64,000 nt of DNA from Longimicrobiales bacterium (GTDB taxonomy: Bacteria > Gemmatimonadota > Gemmatimonadetes > Longimicrobiales > Gaopeijiaceae). A program made the translations under genes and the position numbers. Positions 20,361 to 31,111 of this stretch are shown here, piece after piece (position 1 is the first letter of the stretch; each line of letters starts with the position of its first letter). The notes under the pieces are model-generated. The model did no database searches. It was not told the origin of the DNA and was given only the letters and a program-made list of their open reading frames with translations. The stretch spans positions 352,001 through 416,000 of the forward strand of contig OZ250165.1 of the NCBI GenBank assembly GCA_965238005.1, given 5' to 3'.

Positions 20361-23300
20361 CTAGCGCCGTCGTGGCGCGGGCGGTACGATGGGTGGCACG
20401 CGGCCTGGCCAGAGGTTCCGGTCCATGAGCTCGGAATAGAGGGACGGTAGCTCAGTCTCCAGAAGCCCGTTCAACTCTTGGACGGTCTCCGTCGCGTCCT
20501 CGAACAGCCAATCGATCTGCCGGAGCTGATCGGGCCGCGGCGGGCCGGATGGCCAACGTTCGAGGTAGCCTTTGAGCCCCTGCCAGCCCGTGACGGCACT
20601 CATCACTTGCCGAACATCCCCCTGGAGGTCCGAGAGCCTTTCGGCCAACTCCTCTACGCGGCTCTGGATCTCTTCGCTGGCGGCCTCGCCTCCACGGCCA
20701 GCCTCGTCGGCAAGTTGCTTCTTGAGCCCCTCGATCTGGTCGGAGAGGGGGTTCACTACCTTCTGGGCGGCATCCAGGGTCTTCAGGATCTCATGAAGGT
20801 CCAGCTGGGCAGCCTGGCGTGCCTGCCGATCCGCGTCCGAAACGTGGATCAAGGGATCTGCTTCCACCGTTATCTGGCCCGTGAGCCGGGCTAGGCCGGC
20901 AGCACTCTCATCCCTGTTCACCGCTGCGCCTCGCGGGACATTGACTGCCACCCGGTAGCTTCCAGGCAGGACGTTGGGACCTCGGGGCCCGGGATCACCG
21001 GCGTAAAGAAACGCTCCAGGCTCGTAGGCTGGCTCCATGCGGAGGTCCCAGAACACCCGATTCAGCCCCCGCTCGCCCGGCCCCTCCAGGGTGCGGATCA
21101 CCCTCCCCCCGGCGTCGCTGATGACAACCTCCACGTCACCTTGGGATGACTCACCGAGGTAGTAGGTGATGCCAGCTCCGTACTCCGGGTTGGGCGCCAG
21201 GAACTGGCCGTTGCCGAACCAAACCTCGGGGTCGTAGGTGTAGAGGAGCCGGGCCGTCGGGACGGGCAGGAGGTGCTCCCGGGCCGCCAACACCTCAGAC
21301 GTCAGGGCCTCCAGGGGTCCGATATCGTCCAGGATCCAGATACCCCGCCCATGGGTCCCCACGATCAGGTCGTTGTCCCGAGGGTGGATGATCAGATCAT
21401 CCACAGGGACCGAAGGCATGTTGCCGTTCAGAGAGGCCCACGTGGCTCCCCCGTCAATGGACACATGCACCCCCTTCTCGTGCCCCACGAAGAGGAGCCG
21501 GGGGTTCCTCGGATGCTCCTGAATGATGTTGACCGTCGTCTCCTCCGGCAGACCCCGGGCCAGCGCCCGCCACCTCTGGCCGTAGTCCTCGCTCACGTAG
21601 ACGTAGGGCCGGTAGTCGTCGTTGAAGTGCCCGTCGAAGGTGGCGTACACCCGGCCTTGGGCATGGTGGGAGGCCACCACCCTGCTCACAAAGGTTGTGG
21701 GGGGGAGGTCGGGGATCCGATCGGTGACGTTCGTCCAGTCGGCCCCGCCGTCCCGGGTGACGTGCACCTGCCCGTCGTCGCTCCCCGTGTAAAGAACATC
21801 CGGATTCAGGGGCGACTCGCCGATCGTCGTGAGGGTGGGGTAGGACGCGCTCCCGGTGACCCAGCGGCCCTTCATCTCCAGCGTATCCCGGTCCACCCCC
21901 ATGGTCAGGTCCGCACTGATCACCTCCCAGTGCCGCCCCCGATCGCTTGACCGGAAGACCACCTGCGCTCCGAAGTAGATGGTCGCCGGATCGTGGCTCG
22001 ACATGACCACCGGCGAGTTAAAGCCCCAGCGGTGGACTCTCTCCTCTTCCCCTTCCTCGTTCTTCACAGGCTTTTCCGCCGGAGCCGGGTTGATCGCCTG
22101 GCGCTCCCCGGTGGTGAGATGTAAGCGGTTGAGCCGCCCACCCTGGGACTCACTGAAAACAATGGTGTGGTCGTTGGGGTCGATCAGTGTGTAGAAGCCG
22201 TCACCCGGCCCGACCTTGGAGACATCGTGATTGGAGATGCCATCTTCGCTGCGGGTGGCGCTGGGCACGCACCAGGAGCCGTAGTCCATGCTGCCTCCGC
22301 AGACCCAGTACGGATCCCGCATGTCCACACCGATCTGGTAGAACTGGCCGATGGCCAGGTTGTCCTTGAACAACCAGTTCTCGCCCCGGTCCCAGGAGAT
22401 CGATACCCCAGCGTCGCCGACGAGAATCATGTGGTTGGAGTCGTCTGGATCGATCCAGAGGTCGTGGTGGTCAGGGTGGACTCCGATCGCCACCGGGGCA
22501 TCGTCGCGGAAGGTCTTGCCACCATCGTCCGAGACGTGAACGCGGAGGCCGAGCAGGTAGACACGGTCAGGGTCGTCGGGGGCGACGCGGATCTGGCTAT
22601 ACGAGGGTCTGGGGTTGAGCGTGTTGACGTGTTCCCAGCTGTCGCCCCGGTCGAGGCTCCGGAAGATGCCCCCCCTCGGCGCAATCGCCTCTACCACTGC
22701 GTAGATGATCCGCCCGTCTCGCCGGTAGATGTCCAGGCTGATCCGCCCCTTGTCCCCCTCCGGGAGTCCTCCCGTCAGCTCGGTCCAGCTCTCTCCCCCG
22801 TCGTGCGTCCGGTAGAGGCCGCTCCCGGGGCCACTACCGCTGAACCCCCACGCCCGCCGCCGCCGCTGGTACATGGTCGCGAAGACCGTCTCCGGGTCGT
22901 GGGGATCCATGGCCAGGTCGACCGCCCCGGTGTGCTCATCCACGTAGAGCACCCTCTCCCACGTCTCCCCCCCATCGTTGGTCTTGAAGACTCCCCGCTC
23001 CGGGTTCGAACCCCATAGATGCCCCACCCCCGCCACGTACACGACATCCGGGTTCGTCGGATGGATCACGATCCGGCCTACGTGCCGCGTCTCCTTCAGC
23101 CCCATGTGGCTCCAGCTCCGGCCGCCGTCCACCGACTTGTAGACGCCCTCGCCCCAAGTCCCGGTCCGGTAGCTGTTCGGCTCGCCCGTGCCTACCCACA
23201 CCAGGTTCGGGTTCGAGGGGGCCACCGCCACACGGCCGATCCCGATCATCCCCTCCACGGAATCGAAGACCGGATCCCAGGTGGTGCCCTGGTTCGTGGA

Positions 23301-23612
23301 TTTGAAGAGCCCTCCGATAGCAGTGCCCAGGTAGATGACGTCCGGGGCACCCGGCACCTTGGCGACTTCAATATCAGCGATTCGCCCCCCCATGGTTGCC
23401 GGACCCACGCTGCGCCACTTCAGGCCCGACAGGGCACCGCCAGCCGCCGCATCGTCCATGCTCTGTCCAGCCACTTCGGCGAGGTCTGGACCGCTGGGTA
23501 TCCCAACCAGAAGCAGAATAAGGGTGAGGCAAGAACTCCCGGTACGCATGAGTACTCCTCCCTGCTTTCCTACGTTAACAACAACGCCCCCGCTATCCGA
23601 TGGATCGGACAC
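20361..23612 (-). CDS. secreted VPS10/BNR (Asp-box) repeat glycosyl hydrolase-like protein
   Basis: WRSVGPATMGGRIAD; many S.DGG..W Asp-boxes; HPDHH; native start probably MRTGSS at 23549. Confidence 0.9.
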   Translation of the reverse strand: MSDPSDSGGVVVNVGKQGGVLMRTGSSCLTLILLLVGIPSGPDLAEVAGQSMDDAAAGGALSGLKWRSVGPATMGGRIADIEVAKVPGAPDVIYLGTAIGGLFKSTNQGTTWDPVFDSVEGMIGIGRVAVAPSNPNLVWVGTGEPNSYRTGTWGEGVYKSVDGGRSWSHMGLKETRHVGRIVIHPTNPDVVYVAGVGHLWGSNPERGVFKTNDGGETWERVLYVDEHTGAVDLAMDPHDPETVFATMYQRRRRAWGFSGSGPGSGLYRTHDGGESWTELTGGLPEGDKGRISLDIYRRDGRIIYAVVEAIAPRGGIFRSLDRGDSWEHVNTLNPRPSYSQIRVAPDDPDRVYLLGLRVHVSDDGGKTFRDDAPVAIGVHPDHHDLWIDPDDSNHMILVGDAGVSISWDRGENWLFKDNLAIGQFYQIGVDMRDPYWVCGGSMDYGSWCVPSATRSEDGISNHDVSKVGPGDGFYTLIDPNDHTIVFSESQGGRLNRLHLTTGERQAINPAPAEKPVKNEEGEEERVHRWGFNSPVVMSSHDPATIYFGAQVVFRSSDRGRHWEVISADLTMGVDRDTLEMKGRWVTGSASYPTLTTIGESPLNPDVLYTGSDDGQVHVTRDGGADWTNVTDRIPDLPPTTFVSRVVASHHAQGRVYATFDGHFNDDYRPYVYVSEDYGQRWRALARGLPEETTVNIIQEHPRNPRLLFVGHEKGVHVSIDGGATWASLNGNMPSVPVDDLIIHPRDNDLIVGTHGRGIWILDDIGPLEALTSEVLAAREHLLPVPTARLLYTYDPEVWFGNGQFLAPNPEYGAGITYYLGESSQGDVEVVISDAGGRVIRTLEGPGERGLNRVFWDLRMEPAYEPGAFLYAGDPGPRGPNVLPGSYRVAVNVPRGAAVNRDESAAGLARLTGQITVEADPLIHVSDADRQARQAAQLDLHEILKTLDAAQKVVNPLSDQIEGLKKQLADEAGRGGEAASEEIQSRVEELAERLSDLQGDVRQVMSAVTGWQGLKGYLERWPSGPPRPDQLRQIDWLFEDATETVQELNGLLETELPSLYSELMDRNLWPGRVPPIVPPAPRRR

Positions 23613-23774
23613 GGGCGCACTCCAGGATCAGACTGTCAACATCCGTTACACGGGCTAGGTGGCGCAAGGAGAACACCTGTCAGACGCTTGTATTCGCGTT
23701 CTGAGCGTATTCGGGCTTTATTCGGTATCCAGGGTAGGCTGGAGTGTCAGCGTGGCTTAGAGGGCCGTGAACGG
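23610..23774 (-). repeat. leader/promoter repeat, copy C
   Basis: Reverse complement aligns to copy A; ends GGAGTGCGCCC-GTG TCC GAT CCA (MSDP). Confidence 0.9.
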
Positions 23775-23849
23775 CTTGCTGATCTGTGGGCGACTACAGC
23801 AGTACCAACGGCAGTCCCAGCGCGAACAGCCCCGACACTATGATCACGC

Positions 23850-24400
23850 TCACGAAGCCCATCGAGCGGAAAGGCTGGCGCTCAACGTCGGTGACGTGGC
23901 GTTTGAGCAGACCGTGGCAGTGGAAGTAACGGAGCACGCGGTGTCGAATCGTGTGCTGGAGTTCGCCCCAGTCGGAGGCCGTGAGATGGGTGGCCTCGTG
24001 GAATTGGACCGAGCCCTAGGGATCCTCGCTGAACATGCCGTCGATGACACAAACATGGAAATGGAAGTGCGCGTTCAAAGATGAGCCGAACCTATGAAGG
24101 AACGAGATGGCGCCTATCTGGGCACCGGGACCGGCTCCCGGGCTCGCCTGTCGGAGCGTGGTCCGAAGGGCGCGCAGAAAGATGCGCAGCACAGCGCCGG
24201 CGATGGCGGGGTTGTGGTGAAGGAAGGGCCGGAGGCGCTTCGGAACGGAGAGCACCCATTGCCGCACCGGAAGCGGCGGCAGGACATGGTCGACGAGATG
24301 GGCGGCGCTCTCGACCATAGGGCGCGCATTACACGACGGACATGCTCCCCGGCTCCCGCATGAGAACGCCACCAGAAAGTCCTAGCCACAACCGGCACAC
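23850..24400 (-). pseudogene. IS91-family transposase N-terminal fragment
   Basis: AFSC..RG.CPSC, VRQWVLSVPKRLR, HRFGSSLNAHFHFH (HUH motif). Confidence 0.9.
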
Positions 24401-24799
24401 CGGGCTCGTGCGAATCCATGAGCGAGAATGCCACAACGCAGATAGGCCCGGAAGTCGCGCTCGACCCATGCGGGGACGCCGCCCCCCATGGGGTCCGCCT
24501 CGGCGGCCTCTGTAATGATGCGCGGGCGTGTCAGATCAGTATCCCGACCTTAGAGTTGACCGAGTAGCGGGGCCACCGCGCGGCTTCTAGGACGGCGAGC
24601 GTATCGAAGTGCTCGGCGACAACCCTGAGTAGCCGCCGTGGTACCCTGATTGTCTGACCGCGCAGCCCGTCGGGAGAAATTGCCGCCGTGCGGGCTTGCC
24701 GTATCGGTCCCCGACTGGCTAGTCTGCCTCCCTTCAGCAGGACGCTCGACGATACCAACCCCAACCTGTGACGTGCATCGTGAGCGCGGAGGCTCGAGC

Positions 24800-26329
24800 A
24801 TGAGAGTGCGTATACCTGGCCCGTGGACCCCGGCGGTGTGGATTCTGACCATCTTGAGCACGCTCGCTGTGGTGTTCTCGAGCTCGGCCGAGGCGCAGTG
24901 GGTGCAGAGTCCACCGGATCAGGACGTGGTGATCCGCGGCGGCTGGCTCTTCGACGGGATCCGGGACACGAGGGTCCGTAACACGGGCATCGTGATCCGG
25001 AATGGGGTGTTCGCGGAGGTGGGCGCCGACCCGGCGAGCGTCTCGACGGCCGGCGCGCGCGTGATCGATCTGGACGACGACATGACGATCCTGCCGGGGA
25101 TGGTCGACCTGCACGCGCACTTGAACATGAACCTCGTAGGCGAGGGACGGGCCGAGGAGGTTACGTACAACCCGATCCTCTTCCTGGCGAACGGGGTGAC
25201 GTCGACGTGGTCGGGTGGTGAGTTCATCCCCCATCGGGTGATCGAGGCGCGGGACCGCATCGACCGGGGCGAGGCGGTCGGGTCGCGGCTGTTCGCTTCG
25301 GGGCCGTACTTCGGGGCGTTCCGCTGCGAGTACAACATCGAGAAGGCAGAGGACGAGTGCCCGGGTTGGCCGAACGGGATCTCGGAGCGACAGATCCGGG
25401 CCGAGGTGGACTACTGGGCGGACCGGGGGGTGAGGAGCATCAAGATCAAGCAGTCGACGCCGGAGGAGATGCGGATCCTGATCGATCAGGCTCACCAGCG
25501 GGGGATGACGACGACGAGCCACCTCAGCAACTACGCGCGTGGCTACGATGTGGGCGTGAAGGAAGCGATCCGCATGGGCCTCGACCGCGTCGAGCACGGG
25601 ATCACGGAGGGCAGGGGCGGCGGTCCGTCCGAGGTAAGCGAGATGATCGACATGTTTCTCGCCTACGACGTCTTCTTCGACCCCAACCTCCAGATGTCGG
25701 GCCGCAACGAGTTACGTAGCATACCGGAGCTCGAGATGGTGTGGGTCGACGAGATCAAGTTCTTCACCCCCTACGTCCGGCGCCTCATCCGCGAGCGGAG
25801 AAGCGCCTTGGCCGAGGACCCTGCGCCGCCGTTGTCGGACGGGAATCTTCGTAGAATGGTCGCACTGAAGGCGCTGTACGAGGCCGGAGGCGGTCACCTG
25901 ATTCTGGTCGGCACCGACGAGCCGACGAGTGGCTGCACTCCCGACTACAAGTCGCCCGTGGACGCGTGCGGTCCGTTGTTGCCTGGATTCGCCTACCATC
26001 GCGAGCTCCAGGCTCTCGTGTACGCCGGGCTGCCGCCGGTGGCGGCGCTGCAGGCGGCGACGATCAACGGCGCGCGCGCGCTGGGCGTTGAGAACCAACT
26101 CGGCACGATCGAGCCCGGTAAGCTCGCGGACCTCTCCATCGTCGAGGGCAACCCGCTCGAGGACATCAAGATGGCCCGCGAAGTCCGTTACGTCCTGAAG
26201 AACGGCGAGGTGTACGATCCACAGGCCCTGCTCACTTCGGCCGAGGGCAAGATCGGACCGTCGGGCCCGGACGACCACGACTACTGGACGCTACGCGTCG
26301 AGCCACTGGTACGAGTGCCACTGTCGTAG
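24800..26329 (+). CDS. secreted amidohydrolase family protein
   Basis: Signal peptide; PGMVDLHAH; GTD; GTIEPGKLADL. Confidence 0.9.
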   Translation: MRVRIPGPWTPAVWILTILSTLAVVFSSSAEAQWVQSPPDQDVVIRGGWLFDGIRDTRVRNTGIVIRNGVFAEVGADPASVSTAGARVIDLDDDMTILPGMVDLHAHLNMNLVGEGRAEEVTYNPILFLANGVTSTWSGGEFIPHRVIEARDRIDRGEAVGSRLFASGPYFGAFRCEYNIEKAEDECPGWPNGISERQIRAEVDYWADRGVRSIKIKQSTPEEMRILIDQAHQRGMTTTSHLSNYARGYDVGVKEAIRMGLDRVEHGITEGRGGGPSEVSEMIDMFLAYDVFFDPNLQMSGRNELRSIPELEMVWVDEIKFFTPYVRRLIRERRSALAEDPAPPLSDGNLRRMVALKALYEAGGGHLILVGTDEPTSGCTPDYKSPVDACGPLLPGFAYHRELQALVYAGLPPVAALQAATINGARALGVENQLGTIEPGKLADLSIVEGNPLEDIKMAREVRYVLKNGEVYDPQALLTSAEGKIGPSGPDDHDYWTLRVEPLVRVPLS

Positions 26330-26633
26330 GAGTCTTCGGCGAGCGCAGCCGACCAAGCAGTCATCGGAGATCCCGCCTATGACGCGACGCAGCACCTGTT
26401 CAACTGTGCGGACAGATTGCGCTCGGACCCGGACAGTACGATACGGCATTTCGCAGACCTGCTCGGTGTGGACCATGAGCGCGTTCGACTGTGGACCTTC
26501 GCTCGTGGGGTTGCCGGACCGTGGGACGATTGGATGGACGACGGCTGGGTAACGTTCGCGAGAGCGATGGCGCCTTAGGGCGTTCGGCTTGCATCTCGCG
26601 AAGCGCAAGGACATCGTGCCTTTTGGACGGTTC

Positions 26634-26706
26634 ACTAGGTGGACTCGGCATGTGGGAGATGCTCCTGATCTTCGCTGTGGTCCTCCTTCTCTTTTCGGCG
26701 AAGCGA
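26634..26706 (+). pseudogene. tatA: TatA/E N-terminal stub
   Basis: LGGLGMWEMLLIFAVVLLLFSAKR. Confidence 0.65.
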
Positions 26707-26803
26707 CAACCGCCGACAGGCTACTGGTAGAGACGGCCACCCCCATCGTTCGGAGGTCGCCGCCTTCTGGTTCAGGGGGGTTGGCGGTCATCGCTGACCC
26801 CGA

Positions 26804-26921
26804 ACCCAACAGTGCCAGAAACAGTGACAAACCCCCCGGTTGCTGGCGGTTGCTGACGGTCGAAGGAAAACCGAAAGCCTAGTGAAATGGCGGGTTTCTG
26901 TTGCCCACGGTTGGTCGTCCG
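26804..26921 (-). repeat. inverted copy of the 9875-9991 repeat
   Basis: Direct comparison. Confidence 0.85.
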
Positions 26922-26924
26922 CCC

Positions 26925-27290
26925 AGACTCCAGCGTTCGATCCCTCCGAGGCTGAGCCTGTGCCCGACTTCGTGTTCGGCGTTCGATCCCTCCGAGGCTG
27001 AGCCTGTGCCCGACTTCGTGTTCGACCAGTCCTTGCCCGACGAGTTCGCAGACTGACGGCCCGCCCTAGCGCAAAGATCGCTCTCCGCCACGATCACGAG
27101 TTCTCCTGACTCCTGCCGCCCATCCACGCATCCCGGCGTCTCATCCGCGTATCGGAGTCTCCACGGCCGCCCGTTCCATCCGATCACGCTTCGGTGTGCC
27201 CTTACCCTGAGTCCTCCCTCCAACTGGACCATCCATCACTGCACGCCATACCTTGGCTCTTGGACCAATTGGGCGGTTGGATCTCCTATC
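26925..27290 (+). mobile_element. IS91-like 3' end: last transposase codons, with a 46-bp tandem duplication (26933-27024), and oriIS-like end
   Basis: FDPSEAEPVPDFVFDQSLPDEFAD*; terminus GCGGTTGGATCTCCTATC. Confidence 0.75.
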
Positions 27291-27291
27291 C

Positions 27292-27645
27292 TCAGTAGAT
27301 CGCGCGCTCGTCGTAGGCGATCCGTACCTCGGTGCGCTCCGTGGGTTCGGCACCCTCGTTCGGCACCCGCTGCCTGAAGTCGCTGATGGGCTCGATGAGT
27401 TGCCAGAAGGGCTCGTCCAAGACGCCGTCGATGTCCGGGCGATCCTCGACGTACGTGGCCGGCGCCAGGAGGTCGCTGTTTCGCTGCCCGACCCCGCTGT
27501 CCGACGTCTTGGCCGACGGCTGCGCCCGACTCGGGTCGGGGTGGGCCATGGCTGCCACGAGCACGAGGGCCCGACACTGATAGGAGCGTCGGGCTGACAC
27601 GTGGCGCGGGTCGTGTGGCTGATCACCCCCCCGGGACTTGCCATG
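27292..27645 (-). pseudogene. DUF5916/CBM9-like protein N-terminal stub
   Basis: PDIDGVLDEPFW...FRQRVPNEGAEPTERTEVRIAYD; cut at the IS end. Confidence 0.75.
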
Positions 27646-27811
27646 ACAGCGATCCGCGTGCCGCGAGCGGCACGCTAGCACGTCAGTTGGCCGACTGATC
27701 GACCTCAGGACCCTTCCTCCACCACGCGCGCATCCATAGGCAACGTGCGGAACTAGGTCGTCTAGCTGTTGAGCGGACGGTGGATTCGCGACGCCTATCC
27801 CGGAGCCCGGG

Positions 27812-30800
27812 CTATCTTCTTACCCGCACCGGATAGGGCGGCGTCGTCGGTTTGGGGGGCGGGTTCGCCTCCAGCTCCTTCATGATCTCCTCGATGGCCC
27901 GCTCGAGCTGCGGGTCCCGGCCGGCGAACACGTCCGCCGGGTACTGCTCTACCTCGATGTCCGGCGGCACCCCCACGTTCTCTATGATCCAGCCTTGGTC
28001 CTCCACCCAGATGGCGAAGTTCGGGGCGCTGATCACGCCACCGTCCAGGAGCATGGGGAAGCCCAGGGTCCCCACGAGACCACCCCAGGTCCGCTTCCCG
28101 ATGAGCTTTCCCAGGCCGAATTTCCGGAACATCCACGGGAGCATGTCCCCGCCCGAGCCGGCGTTCTCGTCGATGAGCATCACCTTGGGACCCTGGATCG
28201 ACGCGATGGGGGTCTTGAGGTCGTTGCCGTATCGGGTGTTCCAGTGGGAGGCGTAAGGCCGGCGCAGGATGTCGATGTAGTAGTCGGCCATATATCCGCC
28301 GCCGTTGTAGCGCTCGTCGACGATGATCGCGTCCCTGTTGGCCTGGGGGAAGAAATAGCGCTTGAAGTAGGCGTGGCCGAGGGTTGACGTGTTGGGCAGG
28401 TATACGTAGGCGACGCGGCCGCCCGTGGCCTCGTCCACCTTCCTCATGTTCCCCTCGACCCAATCCCGGTTGCGGAGCGCGAGCTCGTTCCCTATGGGCA
28501 CCACCGTGACGGTGCGGGAGCCCGAACCGTCGGAGTTGGGCCCCACCGTGATCTCCACGGCCTTGCCAGCCGTGTTCTCGAAGCGGGAGTACAGGTTCTC
28601 CGGGGGCCGCAGCTCGACTCTCCTCACTGCCAGGAGATACTCCCCCGCCTGCGCGTCCACGCCCGGCTCGGTGAGGGGAGAGCGGAGCTCGGGGTCCCAG
28701 TTGAGACCGCCGTAAACCCTCTCGAACCGATAGCGGCCGGCCTGGACCTCGAAATCGGCCCCCAGGAGCCCTCCGGGGATCGAGTCTGGACGGTCCCCGA
28801 AATCGCCGCCTCCGACCCGGTGGTGCCCTACGGCGAGCTCCGAGCCCATCCACATGATCACGCGGTTCAAATCGCTTCGGGTCGTCAGGTGGGGAAGGAA
28901 GACCCGGTACTTCTCCTGCATCGCGGGCCAGTCGGCCCCGTGCATGTCGGGGTCGTAGAAATAATCCCGGTTGATCCGCCACGCCTCGCCGAAGATCTGC
29001 TTCCATTCAGCCCGGGGATCGATCCGCGCCTGGATCTCCTCAGCAGAGATCCTCCCCTTTGAAGCGTCGATCTTCCCCTTGGCATCGGCGATGATCCAGT
29101 TGTCGCCGCTGAGCAGCAGGACCCTCTTCTTATCGGCAGAGAGGGCATAATTGTTGACATCGTCGAGAAGTGTCGACTCTTCCCGCTTCTCGAGATCGAA
29201 GCGACGCAGACTCCCCGGCCCGCTGAAGCGCTGCCGGGGGCTCCGCCCCCTCCAGAAGTTCTCGTCACGCTTCAGGTAGTAGAGCTGGCCCGCGGGGCCC
29301 GGCTGGAGGTCCGTATAGAGGGCCTCATCCACCGGGAGGGCGAGGATCCGGTGATCCAGATCCTCAAAGTCGATACGGACTTCCTCCACCTCCATTCCCT
29401 CCGTCTCTTCTCCTCCCTCGCCCCCCTCCTCCGCCTCCTGTTCGTCGCTCTCCTTGGCCAGGGGCGACTCGACGCCCTTCGCGAGGACCGTCAGATAGAG
29501 GGAGCCCGCCATCAGCATGTCCTGGTTGGACAGGGCGAACCAATCGCGGACGGGTCCCGCGTTGGTGGAGGCGACGAAATACAGGTACTTCCCGCCGGCG
29601 TCGAAGACGGGCTCCGTAACGTCGGAAAGGCCCTTGGTGATGAGGTGGGACTCCCCCTCCTCCAGCGAGTAGAGGTACACCTGCTGGAAGTAGGTCTGCG
29701 TGTTCAGGGTGTAAGCGAGCCAGCGGGAGTCGGGGGACCAGGCGTGGTGGAGGGTCTTGAATTCCCCGTAATACGGCTCCTGGGCGATCTTCCTCGAGCG
29801 CCCCGACTCAAGGTCCAGGACGTACAGGGACCACGAGTTGTCCGTGTAGCTGATCTTCTTCCCGTCCGGGGACCACTTCGCGTCCTCGTAGAAGCCCGCG
29901 CCGCCGACCTCGATGGTTCGCACTTCTCCCTTTCCGTCCTGGGGTGCGATGTGCAGCTCGTATTCTCCAGAGGCATCGGAGAAGTATACGATCCACTTCC
30001 CGTCCGGTGACCACGCCGGGGAGCGCTCGTGGGAAGCCGACCTGGACATGAGGTGGCGGTGGTCGCCCTTTTCAGCGGGGACGGTCACAATGTCGCCCCG
30101 GAACTCGAAGACGGCGCGGGCCCCGGAGGGGGAAATGCCCGCATTGCGAATGTACCGGGTCCCCGTCGCGTAGCGGGGTCGGGCCTCGTTGAGGTCCGCG
30201 GCCACTCCCACGGTCAGCTTCGCGCTCTGGCCCCGATCCGGATCGAATACGTGGAGGTAGCCCGCCTGCTCATAGATGATCTGCCCACCCCCGGCCGAGG
30301 CGTTCACGATGGGGAAGTCCGCGTGGGGAGTGAGCTGCTCGACCTGGCGATCTGCCGGGTCGTAGGAGAACAGGTTGAACTCTCCGTTGCGGTCGGAACG
30401 GAAGTAAACTTTGCCGCCGAGCCACATGGGGTCCGTATCGTTGCAGCGACCCTCGGGCTGAGGGATCTGCACGACGGAGTGGTCCGCCACGTTGTACAGC
30501 CAGATGCGTGAGGCTCTCCCGCCCCGGTAGTGCTTCCACTGGTTGAAGGACTCGAAGACTGGGGTATAGGCGATATGCGACCCGTCCGGCGAGTACGTCG
30601 CTTTCCAGGCATTGGGCAGGGGAAGCTGCTCCGGCATCCCGCCGCCCACGGAGACCGTGAAGAGCTGCCGAAAACGACTCGTGTGCACGTTCCGGGGGGA
30701 AGCGAAAAGGACCTCCGAGCCGTCGGGGCTGAAGCCCTGGACCACATCGGCGCCCGGGTGCCAGGTGAGCCGATTCGGCGCTCCCCCCTCCACCGGGACG

Positions 30801-31111
30801 AGGAAGACGTCGGTGTTGCCGTCGTATTGTCCGCTGAAGGCGATCCAACGCCCGTCCGGGGAGAAGCGGGGGTTCGACTCGGTCCCTACGTGGGTGGTGA
30901 GGCGTCGCGCCCCGCTTCCGTCCCGATTTGCCACCCACAGGTCACCGGCGTAGACGAAGGCGATGTGGTCCAGGCTCACCGCCGGCTGGGAGAGGAGTCG
31001 GGTGTCACGAATGTCCTGGGCCACAGTCGGCGTGGGCACGACCCCCGCCACGAGCAGGGCGGCCAGCGCTGACGTGAAGTACGCGGCAAAAGGAAGCCTG
31101 GTCGTACGCAT
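27812..31111 (-). CDS. tricorn-type protease (S41 family)
   Basis: PD40 repeats, PDZ, DERYNGGG, AGSGGD, GKRTWGGLVG, IENVGVPPDIEV. Confidence 0.95.
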   Translation of the reverse strand: MRTTRLPFAAYFTSALAALLVAGVVPTPTVAQDIRDTRLLSQPAVSLDHIAFVYAGDLWVANRDGSGARRLTTHVGTESNPRFSPDGRWIAFSGQYDGNTDVFLVPVEGGAPNRLTWHPGADVVQGFSPDGSEVLFASPRNVHTSRFRQLFTVSVGGGMPEQLPLPNAWKATYSPDGSHIAYTPVFESFNQWKHYRGGRASRIWLYNVADHSVVQIPQPEGRCNDTDPMWLGGKVYFRSDRNGEFNLFSYDPADRQVEQLTPHADFPIVNASAGGGQIIYEQAGYLHVFDPDRGQSAKLTVGVAADLNEARPRYATGTRYIRNAGISPSGARAVFEFRGDIVTVPAEKGDHRHLMSRSASHERSPAWSPDGKWIVYFSDASGEYELHIAPQDGKGEVRTIEVGGAGFYEDAKWSPDGKKISYTDNSWSLYVLDLESGRSRKIAQEPYYGEFKTLHHAWSPDSRWLAYTLNTQTYFQQVYLYSLEEGESHLITKGLSDVTEPVFDAGGKYLYFVASTNAGPVRDWFALSNQDMLMAGSLYLTVLAKGVESPLAKESDEQEAEEGGEGGEETEGMEVEEVRIDFEDLDHRILALPVDEALYTDLQPGPAGQLYYLKRDENFWRGRSPRQRFSGPGSLRRFDLEKREESTLLDDVNNYALSADKKRVLLLSGDNWIIADAKGKIDASKGRISAEEIQARIDPRAEWKQIFGEAWRINRDYFYDPDMHGADWPAMQEKYRVFLPHLTTRSDLNRVIMWMGSELAVGHHRVGGGDFGDRPDSIPGGLLGADFEVQAGRYRFERVYGGLNWDPELRSPLTEPGVDAQAGEYLLAVRRVELRPPENLYSRFENTAGKAVEITVGPNSDGSGSRTVTVVPIGNELALRNRDWVEGNMRKVDEATGGRVAYVYLPNTSTLGHAYFKRYFFPQANRDAIIVDERYNGGGYMADYYIDILRRPYASHWNTRYGNDLKTPIASIQGPKVMLIDENAGSGGDMLPWMFRKFGLGKLIGKRTWGGLVGTLGFPMLLDGGVISAPNFAIWVEDQGWIIENVGVPPDIEVEQYPADVFAGRDPQLERAIEEIMKELEANPPPKPTTPPYPVRVRR

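Noticed and set aside
26933..27024. CRISPR-like repeat
   Set aside because: Two adjacent 46-bp units with no spacer; a tandem duplication inside a transposase tail, and no cas genes are present
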